A model generated the notes under the pieces. It saw only the letters and a list, made by a program, of their open reading frames with translations, did no database searches and was not told the DNA's origin. From assembly GCA_963777315.1 (NCBI GenBank), contig CAVZQC010000002.1, positions 96,001-160,000 of the forward strand: a DNA stretch of 64,000 bases, written 5' to 3'. Each line of letters starts with the position of its first letter. Position 1 is the stretch's first letter. The position numbers and the translations under genes were made by a program. Positions 44,114-54,492 of the stretch are shown here, piece after piece. This DNA is from Vulcanimicrobiota bacterium. Its GTDB lineage: Bacteria > Vulcanimicrobiota > Vulcanimicrobiia > Vulcanimicrobiales > Vulcanimicrobiaceae.

Positions 44114-46160
44114 CTACCTTCCGACCAATTCCTTGAGCGCGTGTTCGAAGATCTTGGGTGCTTTACCCTGGAACAGCATCGATTCGTTTCCGCCGATCTG
44201 CTTGCGCAGGCTCGATCAGCTCGTCGCGCAGCGCGGCAGCCTTTTCGAACTCCAGGCTCGCCGCGTACTCGCGCATCTTCTTGTCCAACTCCGCCGCCAT
44301 CTTCATCGCAACGTCGCGCGGCAGCCGTTCGCGCCGGATGTCGGACTGCGCCTCCTGCGTCGCGCCGACCATGGCCAAAATGTCGCGCACTTCCTTACGC
44401 ACCGTGCGCGGTTCTATGCCGTGCTCGAGGTTGTAGGCCACTTGCAGCTCGCGCCGCCGGCGCGTTTCTCCGATGGCCCGCGCCATCGACTCGGTAACGA
44501 CGTCGGCGTACATGATCACCGTGCCGTCGATGTTGCGCGCGGCGCGGCCTATCGTTTGAATCAGCGAGGTGCCGCTGCGAAGGTACCCCTCCTTGTCCGC
44601 ATCCAGAATGCCGACCAGCGAGACTTCGGGCAAATCCAGCCCCTCGCGCAGCAAATTGATGCCGACGAGCACGTCGAACACCCCTAAACGGAGATCGCGC
44701 AGAATCGCGATGCGTTCGAGCGTATCGACTTCGCTGTGCAGATAGCGCACGCGAAAGTTCATCTCGATCAGAAAATCCGTGAGATCTTCGGCCATCTTCT
44801 TGGTGAGCGTCGTCACGAGCACGCGCTCCTTGCGCTCGGCGCGCTTGCGGATCTCCTCCATCAGGTCGTCGACCTGGTTGCGCGTGGTTCGGACCTCGAC
44901 TTCCGGATCGACCAGACCCGTGGGACGAATGATCATCTCGACCACTTGCGAACTGCGGCCCACTTCATACGTGCCCGGCGTCGCCGACAGGTACACGATC
45001 TGCTCGACGTGCTCTTCGAACTCGTCGTACGTCAGGGGGCGGTTGTCGAGCGCGCTGGGCAAGCGAAAGCCGTGCTCGACCAGCGAAATCTTGCGCGAGC
45101 GGTCGCCGCCGAACATCGCGTGGACTTGCGGAAGCGTCACGTGCGACTCGTCGACGAACACCAGCCAGTCTTTGGGAAAGAAATCGAGCAAACACCATGG
45201 CGTGGAGCCGGGTTCGCGCCCGGTGAGGTGGCGCGAATAGTTTTCGATGCCGTTGCAGTAACCCACCTCGCGCAGCATGTCGAGATCGTAGCGCGTTCGC
45301 ATCTCCAGACGCTGGGCCTCGAGCAGCTTGCCGTTTTGCCTGAAGTAGCGCAGCCGCTCGTCGAGCTCGGCCTCGATCGACGCAATCGCGCGCCGCAGCT
45401 TCTCCTCGGGAGTGATGAAATGCTTGGCGGGAAAGATCAGCAGTTCGTCTTTGCTCTCGACGTACTCGCCGGTCAGGATGTTGACGACGTTGATGGCGTC
45501 GATTTGGTCGCCGAAGAACTCGATTCGATGGATGAGATCCTCGTCGACGCCCATGAATTCCAGCGTGTCGCCGCGCACGCGAAACGTGCCGCGAACCATG
45601 TTCAGGTCGTTGCGCCGGTACTGCATGTCGACGAGCTTGCGCAGCAGCGCGTCCCGGTCGAGTTCCTCGCCCAGGCGCAGCTTCACGGACATTTCCATGT
45701 AGTCCGACGGCGAGCCCAAACCGAAAATGCACGACACCGACGCCACAATCAGCGTGTCGCGCCGCGTAAGCAGCGACTGCGTGGCCGAATGGCGCAGGCG
45801 CTCGATCTCCTCGTTGACCGAGCTGTCTTTCTCGATGTACGTGTCGGTGTGCGCGATGTACGCCTCGGGCTGGTAGTAATCGAAATAGGAAACGAAGTAC
45901 TCCACCGCATTGCCCGGGAAAAAGTCGCGGAATTCGGCGCACAGTTGAGCGGCCAGCGTTTTGTTGTGCGAAAGCACCAGGGTGGGCTTTTGCACCATTT
46001 CGATGACCTTGGCCATGGCCACGGTTTTGCCGCTGCCGGTCACGCCGAGCAGCGTCTGCGCGCGATCGCCGCGGACGACGCCTTCGGCCAAGGCCTGCGT
46101 AGCCTTGGGCTGGTCGCCGGCGAGCTGGTAGGGGGTGACGAGTTCGAACGCTTGAGCCAT
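44114..46160 (-). CDS. uvrB: Excinuclease ABC subunit B (apparent +1 frameshift at about 44210)
   Basis: [37 protein letters not shown]; corrected end LRDELIELRKQ...LVGR*. Confidence 0.97.
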
Positions 46161-46275
46161 CGCTTTTCTTCGACATAGCCCGGACGTTGCGGGTTGCGTT
46201 CGGGCAACCGCGAGGGTTGCGCGCGCAAGCGCGGGAACCTCATGGTCCGCCCGCCCACGTCTGGAGATTCGCCCC

Positions 46276-47301
46276 TTGAGCCACAACCCGTTACTCTTCA
46301 GCGGCAACTCGAACCAACGGCTGGCCGAGGAGATCGCCAAACGGCTCAAGCTGCACGTGGGCAAAGCGCTGGTCTCCAAGTTCAGAAACGAAGAAACGCG
46401 CGTGCAGATCGGCGAGAATGTGCGCGGCTCGGAAGTCTTCGCCATTCAGTCGCTGTGCAAATCGCCCGGCGGCAACGGCGTGAACGATTCCCTGATGGAG
46501 CTGCTGCTGATGATCGATGCGCTCAAGCGCGCCTCCGCAGCTCGCATCACCGCCGTCATTCCGTACTACGGTTATGCCAAGCAGGACAAAAAAACGACCG
46601 GGCGCGAGCCGATCTCGGCCAAAGTCGTCGCGGACATGCTCAAGACCGCCGGCGCAAACCGCATGGTCACCATGGACCTGCACGCCGCGCAGATTCAGGG
46701 GTTCTTCGACGGGCCCGTCGACAATTTGATGGCGATGCCCACGCTGTGCAACTATCTTAAGAAGGACGGTCTGTGCGAGGACCGCGTCGTGATCGTTTCA
46801 CCGGATGCGGGCGGAGTGCATCGCGCCGAACTGTTCGCCAAACGGCTGAACTCGTCGCTCGCGATCGTCTTCAAGCGCCGTCCTGAACCCGACGTCTCCG
46901 AGGTTACCGACATCGTCGGCGACGTCGCCGGCAGAGTGGCGGTGGTCGTCGACGACATGATCTCCACGGGCGGCACGCTTGCCAAAGCCGCCGAAGCGAT
47001 CATCGCGCGCGGCGCCACGCGCGTGTACACCGTTGCATCGCACGGCATCTTTGCGGGCGACGCCATCCGCGTTCTGGACGAGTCCCGAATCGAACGCGTC
47101 GTGGTCACCAACACGATCCCGTTCCCCGACGTTTCCGAGCATCCCAAGTTCGTGCAGCTGTCGATCGCGCAAACGTTCGCCGATGCGATCAATCGCATTA
47201 CGACCAACCGATCGATCTCCGAGCTCTTCACCGATGAAGGTGAAGAAAAAAAGTTGAATGACGCACCCCGCCCTATGCCGGAACCGGCAATCGTACCGTA
47301 A
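46276..47301 (+). CDS. prs: Ribose-phosphate pyrophosphokinase
   Basis: [35 protein letters not shown]. Confidence 0.97.
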   Translation: MSHNPLLFSGNSNQRLAEEIAKRLKLHVGKALVSKFRNEETRVQIGENVRGSEVFAIQSLCKSPGGNGVNDSLMELLLMIDALKRASAARITAVIPYYGYAKQDKKTTGREPISAKVVADMLKTAGANRMVTMDLHAAQIQGFFDGPVDNLMAMPTLCNYLKKDGLCEDRVVIVSPDAGGVHRAELFAKRLNSSLAIVFKRRPEPDVSEVTDIVGDVAGRVAVVVDDMISTGGTLAKAAEAIIARGATRVYTVASHGIFAGDAIRVLDESRIERVVVTNTIPFPDVSEHPKFVQLSIAQTFADAINRITTNRSISELFTDEGEEKKLNDAPRPMPEPAIVP

Positions 47302-47312
47302 AAAGGATCAGC

Positions 47313-47963
47313 ATGGCACAACCTTCATTGGTCATCGAGCGCCGCGAGGGCGCCGGAACCACCAAAGCGCGCGCGTTGCGCGCCGCGGGCAAGATTCCCG
47401 CCGTTCTGTACGGGCACGGCTCGACCGAACCCATCGCGATCGAGCAACGCGCGTTCGACGATCTTCTGCACCGCGTGGGCCGCAGCGGCCTCATCGAACT
47501 GCGGATCGACGGAAAACGCTTGGACACGGCGCTCGTTCGAGAGGTCCAGATCGATCCCGTCAGCCGCAAAACCGTGCACGTCGATCTGCAGCGGGTCTCC
47601 GCCGACGAAACCGTGCACTCGAAGCTGCGCATCGTCACGACGGGCACGGCCGAAGGCGTGCGGAGCTTGGGCGGCGTCATGGACGTGATCGTTCACGAGC
47701 TGGAAGTGGAAGGGCCGGCCAGCAAACTGCCCGAGAGTTTGGAAGTCGACGTCACGCAGCTCAGCATCCACGATCATATCAGCGCCGGGCAAGTGCGGTT
47801 GCCGGACGGATTCAAACTCATCACTGCGCCCGATACCGTCGTCGTGACCGTCGAAGCGTCCAAGACCGCGCGCGCACTCGAAGAAGCACAGGCGGGCGCC
47901 GCGTTCGAACAAGCGCAGCCCGAACTCGTCGGCAAAACCGAAACCGAAGGAACTTCCGCATAG
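47313..47963 (+). CDS. rplY: 50S ribosomal protein L25/Ctc
   Basis: RALR..GKIPAVLYG, Q.DPV...HVDL, C-terminal Ctc domain. Confidence 0.95.
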   Translation: MAQPSLVIERREGAGTTKARALRAAGKIPAVLYGHGSTEPIAIEQRAFDDLLHRVGRSGLIELRIDGKRLDTALVREVQIDPVSRKTVHVDLQRVSADETVHSKLRIVTTGTAEGVRSLGGVMDVIVHELEVEGPASKLPESLEVDVTQLSIHDHISAGQVRLPDGFKLITAPDTVVVTVEASKTARALEEAQAGAAFEQAQPELVGKTETEGTSA

Positions 47964-48541
47964 CGGGCGGCTCGACCGGCGGAGTCCGCATCGTCGCCGG
48001 GCTGGGTAATCCGGGCCGCGAGTACGCGCACACTCGGCACAACGTCGGCTTCATGGTGGTGGACGAAGTCGCGAGCCGTCTGCACCTGAATTCGTGGAAG
48101 ATCAAGCACGGCGCGCGCCAAGCGTTCGATTCGCAGCGCGCCGTTCTGCTGCTCGAACCGCAGAACTTCATGAACGAAAGCGGATCGCCGGTGCGCGCGA
48201 TCGCCGCCTGGTATCGAACGCCGCCCGAGCAGGTGCTGGTCGTTTACGACGACATGGATCTGCCGTTCGGCAGCGTTCGCATGCGCCCGTTCGGCGGCCA
48301 CGGCGGCCACAACGGCATGCGTTCCGTCGTCGCGGCCATGTCGGACGCGTTTCCGCGAATTCGCGTCGGCTTGGGAAGGCCCGAGTCCGAAAGCATCGAC
48401 CACGTCCTCAGTCCGTTCACCGCGCAGGAACGGGTGCTGCTCCCAAAGATCGTCGATGCTGCGGCCGAAGGCGTGCTCAGCTGGCTGGATCGTGGAACCG
48501 AAGCGGCCATGCAGTTCGTCAATACTCTACAGATCGCGTAA
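47960..48541 (+). CDS. pth: Peptidyl-tRNA hydrolase (non-canonical start)
   Basis: GLGNPG..Y..TRHNVGF, FMNESG, DDMDL, GGHNG. Confidence 0.93.
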   Translation: MAGGSTGGVRIVAGLGNPGREYAHTRHNVGFMVVDEVASRLHLNSWKIKHGARQAFDSQRAVLLLEPQNFMNESGSPVRAIAAWYRTPPEQVLVVYDDMDLPFGSVRMRPFGGHGGHNGMRSVVAAMSDAFPRIRVGLGRPESESIDHVLSPFTAQERVLLPKIVDAAAEGVLSWLDRGTEAAMQFVNTLQIA

Positions 48542-49375
48542 TTCGAAGCTGCGCGCAGCAAGCGCGGCGATAACGAAGATCCAGGCAATCGTCCAGAGCA
48601 GCATGGCCGCCGGGGGCGGCTCGGTGACGAAAAAGGGACCGGGCCACACTCGCGAGCTGCCGAGCGTGGCGATCATCGCGGCAGGTTCCAAGCGATACAG
48701 TGCGGCCTGCCACATCGCATCGCTGGGCAGCAGCAGCTGCACGATCGTGCCGGCGTGCCGCACCGTTTCGTTGGCGTAATACGAGCCGATGCTCTGCGCG
48801 ATGCCGCCCAGGCGCGCAATGATGAACGCGACGATCGCTACAATACTCGCGCCGATCGCCGGCATGCGCGTGCTCAGCAGCAGCGCGAGCGCAACCATGA
48901 CGATGCCTGAAAGCGCCAGAAAGGCGAGCATCGTTGCCGGATGCGGCGGAACGTATCCCGTGGCCGCACGCACCACGACGAACTCGCACGCGCCCGTGAC
49001 GAATGCGTATGCCGCGATGACGAACGCGAGCGCCACGGCCTTGCCGATCAGAATGGCGCTGCGCGAAATCGGCCTGGTCAGCACGGGCAGCAGAACGCCG
49101 GATTCGATGTCGTTGGCCAGTGAAGGCGCGGCGACGAACACCGCCGCCATCGCCAGCAAAAAGCTGAACAAGTATGCGACCAGGATCACGAGGACGGCCG
49201 TCATCGCGAGCAGTTCGAGATGCGTGACCGGCCTGCCGTGCCGCACGTGCAGCGTGTGCAAATAGAAAAAGCCCCAGCCGGTCGTTCCCACGAGTGCAGC
49301 CGTGGCGATTACAGCTCCTGCGAAGAAGCGGCGCCGCATGAGTTCCAGCAGCGTCAGGCGCACGACGTGCGTCAT
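48527..49375 (-). CDS. ABC-2 type permease
   Basis: About 6 TM; DIESG..LTRPISR..I..GK. Confidence 0.88.
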   Translation of the reverse strand: MTHVVRLTLLELMRRRFFAGAVIATAALVGTTGWGFFYLHTLHVRHGRPVTHLELLAMTAVLVILVAYLFSFLLAMAAVFVAAPSLANDIESGVLLPVLTRPISRSAILIGKAVALAFVIAAYAFVTGACEFVVVRAATGYVPPHPATMLAFLALSGIVMVALALLLSTRMPAIGASIVAIVAFIIARLGGIAQSIGSYYANETVRHAGTIVQLLLPSDAMWQAALYRLEPAAMIATLGSSRVWPGPFFVTEPPPAAMLLWTIAWIFVIAALAARSFELRDL

Positions 49376-50280
49376 GCGCCACGTTCGCTGGTCAGTTCCA
49401 GGAAGCGCTCCTCGAGCGTGGGCGTAACCGGCTCGATCGCCAGAACCGACGCGCCCGCGGCGACCAGCGCGTTGACCATGATCGGCACCCGATTGGACTG
49501 CACGTCGCGCACGATAAAGGCGCTGCGTTCGCGCGATACCGATCCAAAAGGCGAGAGCACGCGTTCGAGCGGCTCGCCGCCGGCGCGCGCGCGAACGCGC
49601 ACGTCCTGTCGCACCCCCAGAATGTCCGCGATCGCGCCGTGCGCGACAACCTGCCCTTTGGTGACGATCGCAATCCGGTCGCAGACCTGCTCCACCTCAG
49701 TCAGTAAGTGGGAGTTCAGAAAAACCGCGGTGCCGCGCTCCCGAAGGCGGTGTAGAATCTCGCGCACCTCCAGGCGCCCGGATGGATCCAGCGCAGACGT
49801 CGGTTCGTCCAAAACGATCAATTCGGGGTTTCCCAACAGCGCGACGGCTAGACCCAAGCGCTGCTGCATGCCTTTGGAAAACGAGTGAACGCGATCGTCT
49901 GCGCGAGCGCGCAGCCCGACCAACTCCAACACTCGTTCGATGTCGCGCGATTCGAGCTGCGAGGAACACAAACGCGCGTGGAACGCGAGTACTTCCCGCG
50001 CAGACAGCCATTCCGGGTACCGGAAGAGTTCGGGAAGATATCCCAGACGGCTTCGCGCGCGGCGATCGCCGAGCCGATATCCGAGAACTGCGCCGCTGCC
50101 GGCGCTCGGACGGATCAATCCAACGAGCAACTTGACCGAGGTGGTTTTCCCCGCGCCGTTGGGACCCAAGAATCCGAATATTTCACCGCGGCGAACGCGC
50201 AAGGAAAGATCCGAGAGCGCCTGCACGCGCCCGTATCGTTTGGCTAGCCGGTCGACCTCGATGACGCTATCGCAAACCAT
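49372..50280 (-). CDS. ABC transporter ATP-binding protein
   Basis: GPNGAGKT, FSKGM, LDEP, H-loop. Confidence 0.95.
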   Translation of the reverse strand: MVCDSVIEVDRLAKRYGRVQALSDLSLRVRRGEIFGFLGPNGAGKTTSVKLLVGLIRPSAGSGAVLGYRLGDRRARSRLGYLPELFRYPEWLSAREVLAFHARLCSSQLESRDIERVLELVGLRARADDRVHSFSKGMQQRLGLAVALLGNPELIVLDEPTSALDPSGRLEVREILHRLRERGTAVFLNSHLLTEVEQVCDRIAIVTKGQVVAHGAIADILGVRQDVRVRARAGGEPLERVLSPFGSVSRERSAFIVRDVQSNRVPIMVNALVAAGASVLAIEPVTPTLEERFLELTSERGA

Positions 50281-51217
50281 CCGCGAGCGTCATGACGTCA
50301 TCCATCGAAACCGGGCCGGCAACGACGTACACCGTTCCGCCGCGCTGCCACATGACGCCGGCGCCCAGGCCCGTGTCGTCGCCGATTGCCAAACCCGGCA
50401 TCCCGTTGACGCTCACGCGGCGAGCGGTTTGCTTGTCGACGATGACCGGCACCGGTACGGTGTTCTGGATATCGCCGAGCGCGCGAATCTGCTGCGCCAG
50501 CTTCGGCGACACGTTGGGCATCGAGAGCAGATAGCGTTCCAGCGTGTCGAGCGATGCGCCGCTCGAGGTGATTCGCGGCGTTTGCGCCTGCACGACGTCG
50601 ACGAACTGCGTGCGATCGTTGCCCGCACGGGCGGACGAGGATCGATAGCGTACCTCAAAGACGTATCCGGTCTGCAAGCGGACAGTCGTGCCGTCCAGGG
50701 AGCGCGGCATCGGCGCAAGCCTCTTGTGCGCCCGCCGTTCGAACGCGCGTGCCTTGGCTGCGCTGAACGTGAAGGTCATTTCGCCTGGACTCCACGCGGT
50801 GTACGAATGAGCCGTGAAATGCGGCGGCGCTGCCGCCGGGCGGCTCAACGCGAAAGGCACGTGCTGCGCGGCTGCCGCGAACCCGGCGTACCTGTGCGGC
50901 ATGGGCTTTCGCACGATCCGCTGCGTCCCCACGTCGTTTGCTTGCGGCAGCAGACGGAGATCGCGCAGGTCCGCACGGGAGACGTCGATCGGCTGGAATT
51001 GCCGCGGTTCGAACACGGTCAAAAACGACCGCGCGTATCCGCCCAGCGGCGTGAAAATCAGCGCGAGAACCAGAACTGCGAGCGCCGCGAATACTGCCGA
51101 CGGCCGATACCACGCCGGGCTCGTTCGCCGCGCGGCAGCGTGCCGTTCCGAGCGATCGTCCAACTCCGGCGGTTCGTCCGGCATGCGGCGCAGGGTTCCG
51201 CTCTCGAGATGCTTCAC
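50267..51217 (-). CDS. Anti-sigma-like single-TM protein with truncated N-terminus
   Basis: MKHLESGTLRR..DE start, one TM, extracytoplasmic domain ending WQRGG.VY.VAG; AAGGAG RBS. Confidence 0.65.
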   Translation of the reverse strand: MKHLESGTLRRMPDEPPELDDRSERHAAARRTSPAWYRPSAVFAALAVLVLALIFTPLGGYARSFLTVFEPRQFQPIDVSRADLRDLRLLPQANDVGTQRIVRKPMPHRYAGFAAAAQHVPFALSRPAAAPPHFTAHSYTAWSPGEMTFTFSAAKARAFERRAHKRLAPMPRSLDGTTVRLQTGYVFEVRYRSSSARAGNDRTQFVDVVQAQTPRITSSGASLDTLERYLLSMPNVSPKLAQQIRALGDIQNTVPVPVIVDKQTARRVSVNGMPGLAIGDDTGLGAGVMWQRGGTVYVVAGPVSMDDVMTLADGLR

Positions 51218-51367
51218 GTTCGATCTCCTTTTTTATCGGATCGGCCGTCCGCCCGCGCAGACATCCGTCGATCGGCTGCGTCCTCGGCCCGCGCGCATTC
51301 TGCAGTACTGCGAAAAGGCTCTCGAGCGCCGGGTGCGGTACACCGACGGCATGCCGGCAGTTACCAT
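51218..51367 (-). pseudogene. Possible ECF sigma factor remnant
   Basis: ALESLFA and KKEIER fragments only about 25 codons apart, directly upstream of the anti-sigma-like gene. Confidence 0.35.
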
Positions 51368-51461
51368 ATGCCCTTATAGCACCGCAAGACGCCGTTTTGT
51401 AACACCGATGCGTTATCTTTAGCGTAAAGGATGTCGATAACGTAGCTGAACGGAGGTCCCG

Positions 51462-52139
51462 ATGGAGGGGTTTGCAGGCAAAGCATTCGTGGTTCGGGTC
51501 GACGAGGCAACCGCCTTCGCCTCGCAAACGACGTTCTTCGACGACTTGGCCTTCCTGGCGCGCAGCAGCGTCCATCCCATCGTGGTGGCTCCCTCGAGTA
51601 CGGTGCGCCGAACGCTCGTGCGCACGATAAACCGCAGCGGCAACATGGCCGTGGGTCTTTCGGGCTCGGATGCCGCGATGCTGCCCGCAGCGGGAAGCGG
51701 CCTAGGCAACGTGCAGACCGGCATTCTCGAAACCCTCACGCGCGCCGGCTACATCCCCGTCATCGAGCCCACTGCATTTGGGGTATTCGAACCGCGCGAC
51801 CGCTACGTTGCCGCCGACGAGGTGGCAAGCGCGATTGCCGCCGCGACCGACGCCGTGCGCGCAATTTTCTTTCACGCGCTGGGCGGCGTGCCCGATCCGC
51901 AGAGCGAAGCGCTCATCAGCGAGCTCACTCCAGCTGAAGCGCTGGTCATTTCCGAGAACCCGCGCGTGCCCGCGGACTTGCGAACCGCAATTCGAGCTGC
52001 CGCATTGGGCGTGCGCGCAGGCGTAAGCCAAGCGCAGATCGTCGACGGACGGATCGCGCATGCGGCCGTGGTCGAGCTGCTGACGGCGCACCACTTGGGA
52101 ACGCGAGTGACCGGCAGCGTGTTTACCGGCGCTGCGTGA
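51462..52139 (+). CDS. Degenerate acetylglutamate-kinase (AAK)-like protein
   Basis: AVGLSG.DA, GYIPVI.P, ADEVA, IVDGR..HA..ELLT...GT present; catalytic Gly loops absent. Confidence 0.8.
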   Translation: MEGFAGKAFVVRVDEATAFASQTTFFDDLAFLARSSVHPIVVAPSSTVRRTLVRTINRSGNMAVGLSGSDAAMLPAAGSGLGNVQTGILETLTRAGYIPVIEPTAFGVFEPRDRYVAADEVASAIAAATDAVRAIFFHALGGVPDPQSEALISELTPAEALVISENPRVPADLRTAIRAAALGVRAGVSQAQIVDGRIAHAAVVELLTAHHLGTRVTGSVFTGAA

Positions 52140-53322
52140 GACACGGATCGCTGCGCCCCTGAAGCGCGGCGATACGCTGGCCCGGCGGCGGATGCGAGCT
52201 CAAATACCAATACGCGAACGGATTGGGACACACGGTGAGCAGCGATTGATCGGCGCGCCGCACTTCAAACCGAATCGCCGCCGCCGGATCGGCGGTCAGC
52301 GCAATTCCCGCCTTGTCGGTGACCAGATCCAGATTGCGGGAGTAACCGTTATAGAAGGGCAGGGCGATAAGATACACGCAGCCCACGACCGCGCCCAGCA
52401 GCGCCAGCCGCGACACCGGGTCGTCGTCGCGCCGGAATCCAATCCGATCCGAAATCAGCACCGCCAGCGCCGCCGCCAAAACCACAATCGCGCCCTGCAC
52501 CAGAGCCTGATGCAGTCCGTCGTTGGCCTCGATCCATGCGTACGAGCGCGCAAAGAGAAACCGCAGTTCGGGCGGCGTTGCGCCCGCAAGGATCGTGTCC
52601 GATATGACGATCCGCTGAGAGCCGCCCCACCCGGTGACGTACGCACTGCCCGTTCGCGTCCTGGACGAGATGCGTTCGTCCAGAACGGGTACGCCGATGC
52701 CGGTGCGTGCGCGCAGGAGAGCCAGATCCGACGCCACCGCCGCCGGCAGCGTGGCGGGAGCATAGCTCGTATAGGCGGGCGCAATGACGTATGGATTGAC
52801 GTACGAAATCAGCAGCGTGAACCCGATGACCGCTCCGATCGTATAGACGTACCATTGACGCGTTTTGTCCGCCAGCCCAAGCACGATCGCGGCGATCAGG
52901 CCCGCGACGACCATGGCGATCGCCGTGGCGGCGAGCCAATCCGCCAGCCACGTTCGAAACAGCAGCTGCGTCAGTTCCATGATGCGTGAAAAGCGGTAGA
53001 GCACCGCCTGCGGCATCAGCGCCACGATCTTGTCCAGCAGCGCGAGCAGCGCGCCGAAACACCATCGTACGGCAAACTCCGAGCGCAGCACCGAACGAAG
53101 CGAGTCGCGCAATTGCGCCGAAAGGCCCGAGTTCCAAAACCATGCCAGCACCGCTATCTGCAGGGCGACCATCACGATCCAAAGCGGAATGCGCAGCTGT
53201 TCCAAGTGCCCGGCTCCGGCTGCTCGCGCCGGATCGACGAGCTGAAACGCGGAGCGAGTCAACAGGTCGTGCGCCGGAATCGCGTTGACGGCGCGATCGA
53301 GCGCATTGGGACGGCCTATCAT
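52123..53322 (-). CDS. M48/Ste24-like membrane protein lacking HEXXH
   Basis: SSRT..GSAYVTGWGGSQRIVISDT, SHPP..QRI; Zn motif replaced by RSYAW. Confidence 0.8.
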   Translation of the reverse strand: MIGRPNALDRAVNAIPAHDLLTRSAFQLVDPARAAGAGHLEQLRIPLWIVMVALQIAVLAWFWNSGLSAQLRDSLRSVLRSEFAVRWCFGALLALLDKIVALMPQAVLYRFSRIMELTQLLFRTWLADWLAATAIAMVVAGLIAAIVLGLADKTRQWYVYTIGAVIGFTLLISYVNPYVIAPAYTSYAPATLPAAVASDLALLRARTGIGVPVLDERISSRTRTGSAYVTGWGGSQRIVISDTILAGATPPELRFLFARSYAWIEANDGLHQALVQGAIVVLAAALAVLISDRIGFRRDDDPVSRLALLGAVVGCVYLIALPFYNGYSRNLDLVTDKAGIALTADPAAAIRFEVRRADQSLLTVCPNPFAYWYLSSHPPPGQRIAALQGRSDPCLTQRR

Positions 53323-53359
53323 CGTCCGCCCTGTTCGCGGCGCCCTTGCGGATCGCTTT

Positions 53360-54463
53360 TTACTCGTACACGGCAAACGACGCGCCGGCGACCGCGAACG
53401 AAACGCGGCCGCGCCCCGTGCGTTTGCTGTGATACATCGCGGCGTCCGCAATCTCGAGCAGTTCGCCGGCGTCGCGCGCATCGTATGGGTATGCGGCCAC
53501 GCCGACGCTGGCGCTGATCGGCAGCGGCACGCCGAAATCGCAGTTGCGCACCGCATCGCAATAACGCTGCGCGCGTTCGATCGCCGCCAGTTTGTGCACG
53601 TTGCGAACGATTGCGCAGAACTCGTCGCCACCGTTGCGCGCCGCCAAATCGACACCGGCCAGCGTGTGTTCGCGCAGCAGCGAGGCCATGCGCGTAAGCA
53701 CCATGTCGCCTGCCGCATGCCCGAAGGTGTCGTTGACGCGCTTGAAATGATCGGTGTCCACGAACCACAGGCACAAGCAGGCGCGGGTGCTCAAACGAGC
53801 GAGCGCAACGTCTGCCTGCAGCGTTTCGCGAAACGCGCGAGGCGTATGCAGCCCGGTGAGCCCGTCATAGATCGCGCGGCTGCGATCGGCTTGCCGTTCG
53901 GCGGCCAGCACGTACGGGAATGCGGCCTGGGCCACTGCTCGAACCAGCAGATCCGGATCGCGGATGCAATCTTGAGCGGATGCGGCGTACACGACCGCTG
54001 CAACGCCGTCCGCCCCGAGCATAGGGACGGCCAGCGCAAAACGATCGGTCGGGACGATTGCCTGGGCGCGGTCGTCGAGCACGACGCGATGGCCGCACAG
54101 CGCTGCGCGCGCGGGCAGTGAAGCGCCGTGATCGCGCCGGACGCGCACTCCGGCATAGTGCTCGGCGCGCGAGCCGGCGACATGCACGCACGCGAGGTCG
54201 TCCCCGGCCGGAACGAAAACGAGCACCGCGTCGACCGACGGATCGAGCACTCGGAGCGTACGATCGAGTGCCGTGAGGACCGCGGCAGTCGATTCGCGCG
54301 ATGCCGCGCTCAAAACGCGCACCGCTTGCAGAACGTCGCTCTCACGGCGCTCCACCGTTTTCAAGCGCGCGCGCAGTCCGGCCGCAAGCATCCGCATTCG
54401 CAGCGCATACACGGTCGCCGCGGCGCATGCAAGCGCAAGAAACGTCAAGCCGGCCTGATACAC
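53360..54463 (-). CDS. TM-GAF-GGDEF diguanylate cyclase
   Basis: DGLTGL, DTDHFKRVNDTFGH..GD, RNGGDEF, ADAAMY..K. Confidence 0.92.
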   Translation of the reverse strand: MYQAGLTFLALACAAATVYALRMRMLAAGLRARLKTVERRESDVLQAVRVLSAASRESTAAVLTALDRTLRVLDPSVDAVLVFVPAGDDLACVHVAGSRAEHYAGVRVRRDHGASLPARAALCGHRVVLDDRAQAIVPTDRFALAVPMLGADGVAAVVYAASAQDCIRDPDLLVRAVAQAAFPYVLAAERQADRSRAIYDGLTGLHTPRAFRETLQADVALARLSTRACLCLWFVDTDHFKRVNDTFGHAAGDMVLTRMASLLREHTLAGVDLAARNGGDEFCAIVRNVHKLAAIERAQRYCDAVRNCDFGVPLPISASVGVAAYPYDARDAGELLEIADAAMYHSKRTGRGRVSFAVAGASFAVYE

Positions 54464-54492
54464 TGCCCGGTTAGTGCCCGCGTACGAGCGCC

